DNA of 55,805 nucleotides, the filler included, from Sphacelaria rigidula (taxonomy: Eukaryota): the NCBI GenBank assembly GCA_964200075.2. It is 4 parts of 4 records of this genome, joined end to end, with 100 filler letters (N's around TTAATTAATTAA, not from the genome) between each part and the next. Parts side by side here need not be neighbours in the genome. Positions count along the whole stretch, not along the records: positions 41,930 to 55,805 come from CAXNAA020002615.1; 3 more parts are not named here. One strand, 5' to 3'. The translations under genes were made by a program, and so were the position numbers. The notes below the pieces were generated by a model that saw only the letters and a list, made by a program, of their open reading frames with translations, was not told the DNA's origin and searched no databases. Shown here piece by piece: positions 50,540-55,805 of the stretch; the stretch's first letter is position 1, and each line of letters starts with the position of its first letter.

Positions 50540-53500
50540 AACGATTGTATTGGACACGAGTCCTGTTTTTCAAGAGGTTTGATTGATATGGTCGAAATGC
50601 GAACGTTTCGACGTGACTATCCTCAAGCGCCAACGCTACTTTGCAGGGACCCCTTCCCGGCATTACGACACATCTTTCAGAACGTACTATGTTCGGACGT
50701 GTGGCGACAAAAGCATCAAAAGAGGTGAACCTGTTTCCCAAGTACGAGGGGAGCCGCTCCAAGGGACCTCTGCCTACTTGATCGGCAATACCACGTGCTA
50801 GAGAGAAATAAAAAAGGCTTATCTCGGGCGTTGGGTTAGACGATCCCCAATATTGGATCACTTCCAATTGATAACACCGGTAAATAGCACTTGGGGGGCG
50901 AGAAGGGGGCGAAGGAGTTCAAGAGACATGGCGAGGCAAAAACAGACGCCATAGCCATGATAACGTTGAGCTGAGATTCGTCATGCAGAAAATCGCCATC
51001 TTATGCACAGCATTACCAACAGCAGCTCGCGAAGATTACAAAATGGGAGTGACCAAGGGAGTGGCTCGCTTCGTCGTCGGTGAGCGTCATGGGCAGCGGA
51101 TTGAATGAGACTTGGAGCTCCTGTCCTGCCCTGTACTGTCGGCTACTGTCTTTGCTTCCTGTTTTGTCTAGAAACCTTTCCTCCTCTCCTACACTTGTCT
51201 CTCACCTTTCTTCCCTTGTTGCTTTTAGCTCTCCCGTCCTGCCCTCTCCTCATTTTGGTCGCTACATATGTTGTAGTGCCTTTCTCTAGAGTTTGTGGTT
51301 GAAACTTCGTATTAAACGGTGCCGTTTTTAAACAGCTGAGGCGCACGACCTTACGTTTACTTTGTCATTTTTTCTATCTGGAGTCCTGACGGGGATCTGC
51401 CGAGAGTTCTCCCGGGATTGCCCCAAGTCTTACATTTCTTTCGCGTTGTTCTATTTATATCCATATTTGTGCAGAGAGAACGTGTGTCGATATCGGTCAT
51501 GGGGCGTTCATCACATTACGATGACTGGATTCGCAGCTGTCAGTCAACGCGCGAAATATCAAACCAGCGAGACAGTAATGAAGTGTGAGCTGGAAAATGC
51601 TCTCTGCGCCTTGGGATATGCGAATCTAAAACTTGACATTTCCTCATGTCTTGAATCATATCCGTCACAAGATAGAAAGTACTGATATCGTCCACCGTAT
51701 CGGAACATCCATATGATGTACCCCGCCAGAAGATTTTGTATAAAGCTTTGACACTGAGGAACCTCAGGACCGCCGGGAAGTCAAGCACTGGAGGTAGCAC
51801 GGAAATCCCCTGGGCTGCGTCAATCAAATGCATTTGGAGTTTCCGTGATTTCTTGGCATCGTCTGACTACGCGTGCTACAGCTCCGTGGTTTACTACGCT
51901 AATACCTCATGAACAAAAGGACAACGTCAAGGAAACCCAGGGACACGAACAACGAAGATGGGATATTTTCCGCGGAAAGTAGGATTGTTAACGAGCACTT
52001 ACGGTTCGAGGGCGGGGACGGCGCACTTCCCCTCCTTCTCCCGTCAGCAGCTTTTGGCCCAAGCCTTTGTGGGCACCATGCAGGACACGTCGCCCGCGAT
52101 GGTTTTGCGGTGGACACGCCGCCCGTAAAGAGTGTTCTTTCTCTGCCATAACGTAACGAAGAGGGGGGCCAATTGATACAGTGATTAACGCTTGCGATGA
52201 TTTCTCCTCGGCTCCCGACAAGCAGAGCCGAAATCTTGCGTTCGTGAACTTGAAACTCGAGAAAATCCGACGTGGTACCGTAATGTAGTTGAGCGCGGTC
52301 TCTCGTCTGCCCGGTGACAACGTATCACACGAGAGTATTCCAGTCCAACCGGAGGTTGGTTCTTCAGTTCAGGTAGGACAGGTTCCAGCCGTCAACTGCA
52401 TCGTGTTTGATACCGTTGTATTGTCTTTGAAGAATGTGCGGTACGATACAAATAGAATGTGAGTCTTGGTAGTAAGGCCTCCGTCAGATAAGTAGGATTT
52501 GTTCGGTCCAGCAGTGGTTCTGATGCGAATCAATGATACCATGAGTATACAAGTGTCCGTCGTCAGTAAATGATCACTGATGCCTGTTTGTTTTCATCAC
52601 GATTTGCAGTGACGGGTCTTCAGTGAGTGCAAGCATCCAGCTCACAGATCGCACTTCTTCTGTGCTGCGCATAACAGCGGGAATCAACGGTTGAATGGTT
52701 GATTCCCAAATTGGTCAACACCTTCCAGATCCAAGATCCCTCTTCCGGATATGTGTACACGTCCTTGCACTAAGGATATCTGTACCCTTGTCAAAGCCGG
52801 TAAAACAATTATAAGAGCACGGTCAGGTTGACCTAATGTAGTGTTCCGGGCAGTGATCTGCTCCCCCAGCATATATAATGTTCTAGTGTTCTAGTCTTCT
52901 TCTCCTCTTGGACTCCAGTCTCCTCCTCTAGCTGTCCAAAGTGGAGGCAACCTGAGTCTACAGTGTGTGTGGTGCATACGTCTTCGTACATGTCGTACGT
53001 GTCTGTGTGTGTTACCGTAGTCCTATGAGCAATGTGCATGAGTGGCCTTACGATAGGGGTGCGCATTTAGTTTTGAGGCTCTTCACTTTGGGTGCCCCTC
53101 AATGAGAACCGTGTGGGCCCAAGTGTGCAACCTCGGACAACGTTCAGCCTGAAAAGTGCACCCCTACTGTAGCACCAGCCGCATGCAATACATGATACCT
53201 TTAAAAATACATCTGTATTTGCTGCAACCTCCACTCGGTGATGAGAACTTGTCTTCGACCTTGACTCATGCAGTGGTGGCCATACGAGTAGCTGACTCGT
53301 GGTATCCGTTTGGTCTAGACTCATGCGGTCAGTGCCGTATTGGTGAACTGATCAGTGTCAGTTTACCCAAGGTCTAAATACACGGTCTTGAGTGTGAGCG
53401 CCTGGACATTCGGTGCTGTTTGTATCCTAAGGCCTGAGGCTTATACCGACATGAACAACTCTTCTAAAAGCAAGCAGACTTAACGTCGACCCCTCCTCAC

Positions 53501-54100
53501 ATTTGAAGTGAGAATCAAGAGCACAGAGCAATGTATAGTGTAATGGTCTGTTCCGCACCTGCGCCATTGGCGCAGCCCTCAATTCCCCACGGTGGCAGTG
53601 TGGCGTCCGTGCCCGGCAGCGGTTTGAAACGGCGGCGTCGAGGGTGAGACCTAGGTTCATGGAAGGGAGCCGTTTTTTTTGTGGCTCGGTTTCGCCAGCT
53701 GATCGATTCAACCTCTCCCTCTCTCTGCATGGATCTCTCCTGAACAGTGTTTGAGAGAATGTTGCACAAACTGCGCATCAAGCTATGACAATCAATGTTA
53801 ACCGGGCACGTACAGATTGATAGCGCTGTCCGACGGTACCATTGTTTGCCCAGAACAGACGGTGACCTCTACGCTCGGTTCATGTAGACCCCACTCTGTT
53901 CTCCGTAGGAAGTCCTACAAATTCAGTGCCGGTACCTTGAGGTGGGGTGATGTATCTTCAACAGCAATAAACACATTGCATCCCGGAGTGAACTTGAGCC
54001 ATGCAGCGGCAACGAGCCACCCAAACTCTGTTCACCATTTTCCTCGCACTACAAGTATATTGTTTCCGGAAAGGAAGGCCACTGGTAAGTACTTTGGTGC
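50540..54100 (-). mobile_element. Very decayed Ty3/Gypsy pol remnant
   Basis: Weak motifs in RT-RH-INT order on the minus strand: 'MYEDVCTT...HFGQLEE' (YxDD region, ~52990), 'MLGEQIT', 'SAICELDA' (RNase H ELE), 'KALYKIFWRG' (integrase zinc-binding region, ~51730). Boundaries are approximate. Confidence 0.45.
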
Positions 54101-55805
54101 ATGTAAACGCCGCACCATTTGCTAAGTGATCCGTCAGACTGAACGATGTATCCTCAACACTGACGCCCTGTGCTAATATAGAGTACGAGTGACTTTGTCC
54201 AACCCCTTTACTACGGGCATTTTGTTATCCTCATACTTGCATGAGACGTTGGGTAGAAAACTCAGGGCGCAAATGATCGCAGGTTTTTTGTCCATGGAAG
54301 GGCTCCATACGACTAGAGTGTCGTCATGGGGTCATCGCTAGATGTGCCTTACTCAAGCTTGACAAAGTTGTCACCGACACTCGGGATATTTGCCCTGTTC
54401 AACGGCAAGGGGGGACTTTAGATTATTTTGCTCTGCAAGCCTTCATGTTACGTAAACCATTATACTATATATTCACAATATCTTGTCCTTGGTGCCGAAT
54501 ACTATTATTAAGTCTCCAAATTGAATTATTCGCGTGACGTCACATGAAACTACGTCAACGATCGGACCATAGAAAGTGTATCTGCTCATTTTAATTGCCT
54601 CACCATAGCGGATTTATGTTTTGTCCACATGGACGCCACTTCATCTTCCGTGGGCGCTTCCAGGCCTAATATTTTGTCGAAATCTTCCCCCCTATTTACA
54701 CCCGCCGGAGGGGGCTTCCTGTGGATGAACGGCGGTGATGCGGGTTCTTTCATGTTGCGCTCAAACTCCTGCGTGTGTAGCGCGTTGGGCGTGAGAGAGT
54801 GCAGGGGGTGGGGGGCATCACAATCTGGTGGTTATGCGTGGCAAATGCGACTTACGTAAAAGTGCAGGGTATGCATTCTCACTTTGTACATCACGGATGC
54901 TCAGTACGTCACACTCATCCGAAGATTTCGTGGTCACGGGCAAGTAGGGACGACATAAAGAAGACAGCGTTTGGCCGTAAGGTACTTGCAGAAACGCACA
55001 CTCAAGTGCTATCTCGACGTCGTATTTCGTCTTGTCAGATTCGACAACGCAGTTCGCGTCGACGAACGCCACCCGGTCAACTTGGTCGTAGGTTTCGTTC
55101 AGAACATGCTGCGAAGAAAGCACATCGCGCCGTTTAAACCTTTAGGCATTATAACTTACGATAGCGTATTGTCGGATGTTGAGGCTATGTATCGCTCTGG
55201 GCTCTCTGGTAATTTCCACATATTTGGGTTGAACTTCCCGTTATGTACAAATCAAGGGCATTCCTTCGATGCTAAACGGTAAGAGTTTCCTCGGACTTGC
55301 GGATGTTTACAAGAGCTTTACACTGAATACGCAAAATGTTAGTAACACGACCTTGTTGACAGCTGGGGACTCCTTTACGGTTAGCCCAGAATGAGCTGCA
55401 TATTCCCCCGATCCACCAAAATACAAATAATATATACAAACACCATTTTCCCCCGCGCCCCAAGGTGTATTGATACAAGTGAAGCCATTGGGTCGGAAGA
55501 ACGCCGGTTAGAGTTCCGATCGATGCCTTCGGGGTTCCGTCGTTGAAAACATGAGTGCGTGATGAGCAGAATGGGTTTATATAGTGGGAGTCGAAACCGT
55601 GCGGGGGTATCGGTCATGATCCAATCTGCGATACCAAAATGTCAGGCGTGTGCTAAGGGAGAGACGGGTGAATTCCGTTTGACTACGGACTCGTCGCGAG
55701 GGAGGGGAGGGGGGGGGGGGGGGGGGGGACTCATTTTTTGTTTGCCTTTTTTATTTGACCCTTTACCCCGCATCCCTTTCGGGGCGGGGCCAGGGGGGGG
55801 GGGGG

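Overview
Eukaryotic, repeat-rich genomic DNA, most likely from a brown alga (Phaeophyceae). That assignment is inferred from the style of the retroelement remnants and the GC-rich, Ala-rich exons. The window consists of at least four contigs joined by artificial 100-bp N/TTAATTAATTAA linkers. I can support one intact host gene: a 4-exon minus-strand FNBP4 (formin-binding protein 4)-like gene (35440-28787, 1437 aa) with three WW domains, one apparently gained by duplication of a symmetric phase-2 exon. The rest is mostly transposon debris. There is a degenerate Academ (AcademX-type) DNA transposon at about 400-6710 (DDE transposase, XPG/PIN-like nuclease, Cys-rich C-terminus) carrying a nested MITE and a probable internal inversion. 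There is also an internally deleted Ty3/Gypsy element (9.4-12.2 kb), plus highly decayed Copia (45.6-47.9 kb), LINE (48.9-49.6 kb) and Gypsy (50.5-54 kb) remnants. Several MITE families are present, two of which share CCACA...TGTGG ends and 6-bp target duplications. I found no CRISPR array, rRNA or tRNA. All family assignments come from motif recognition by eye, not from database searches.
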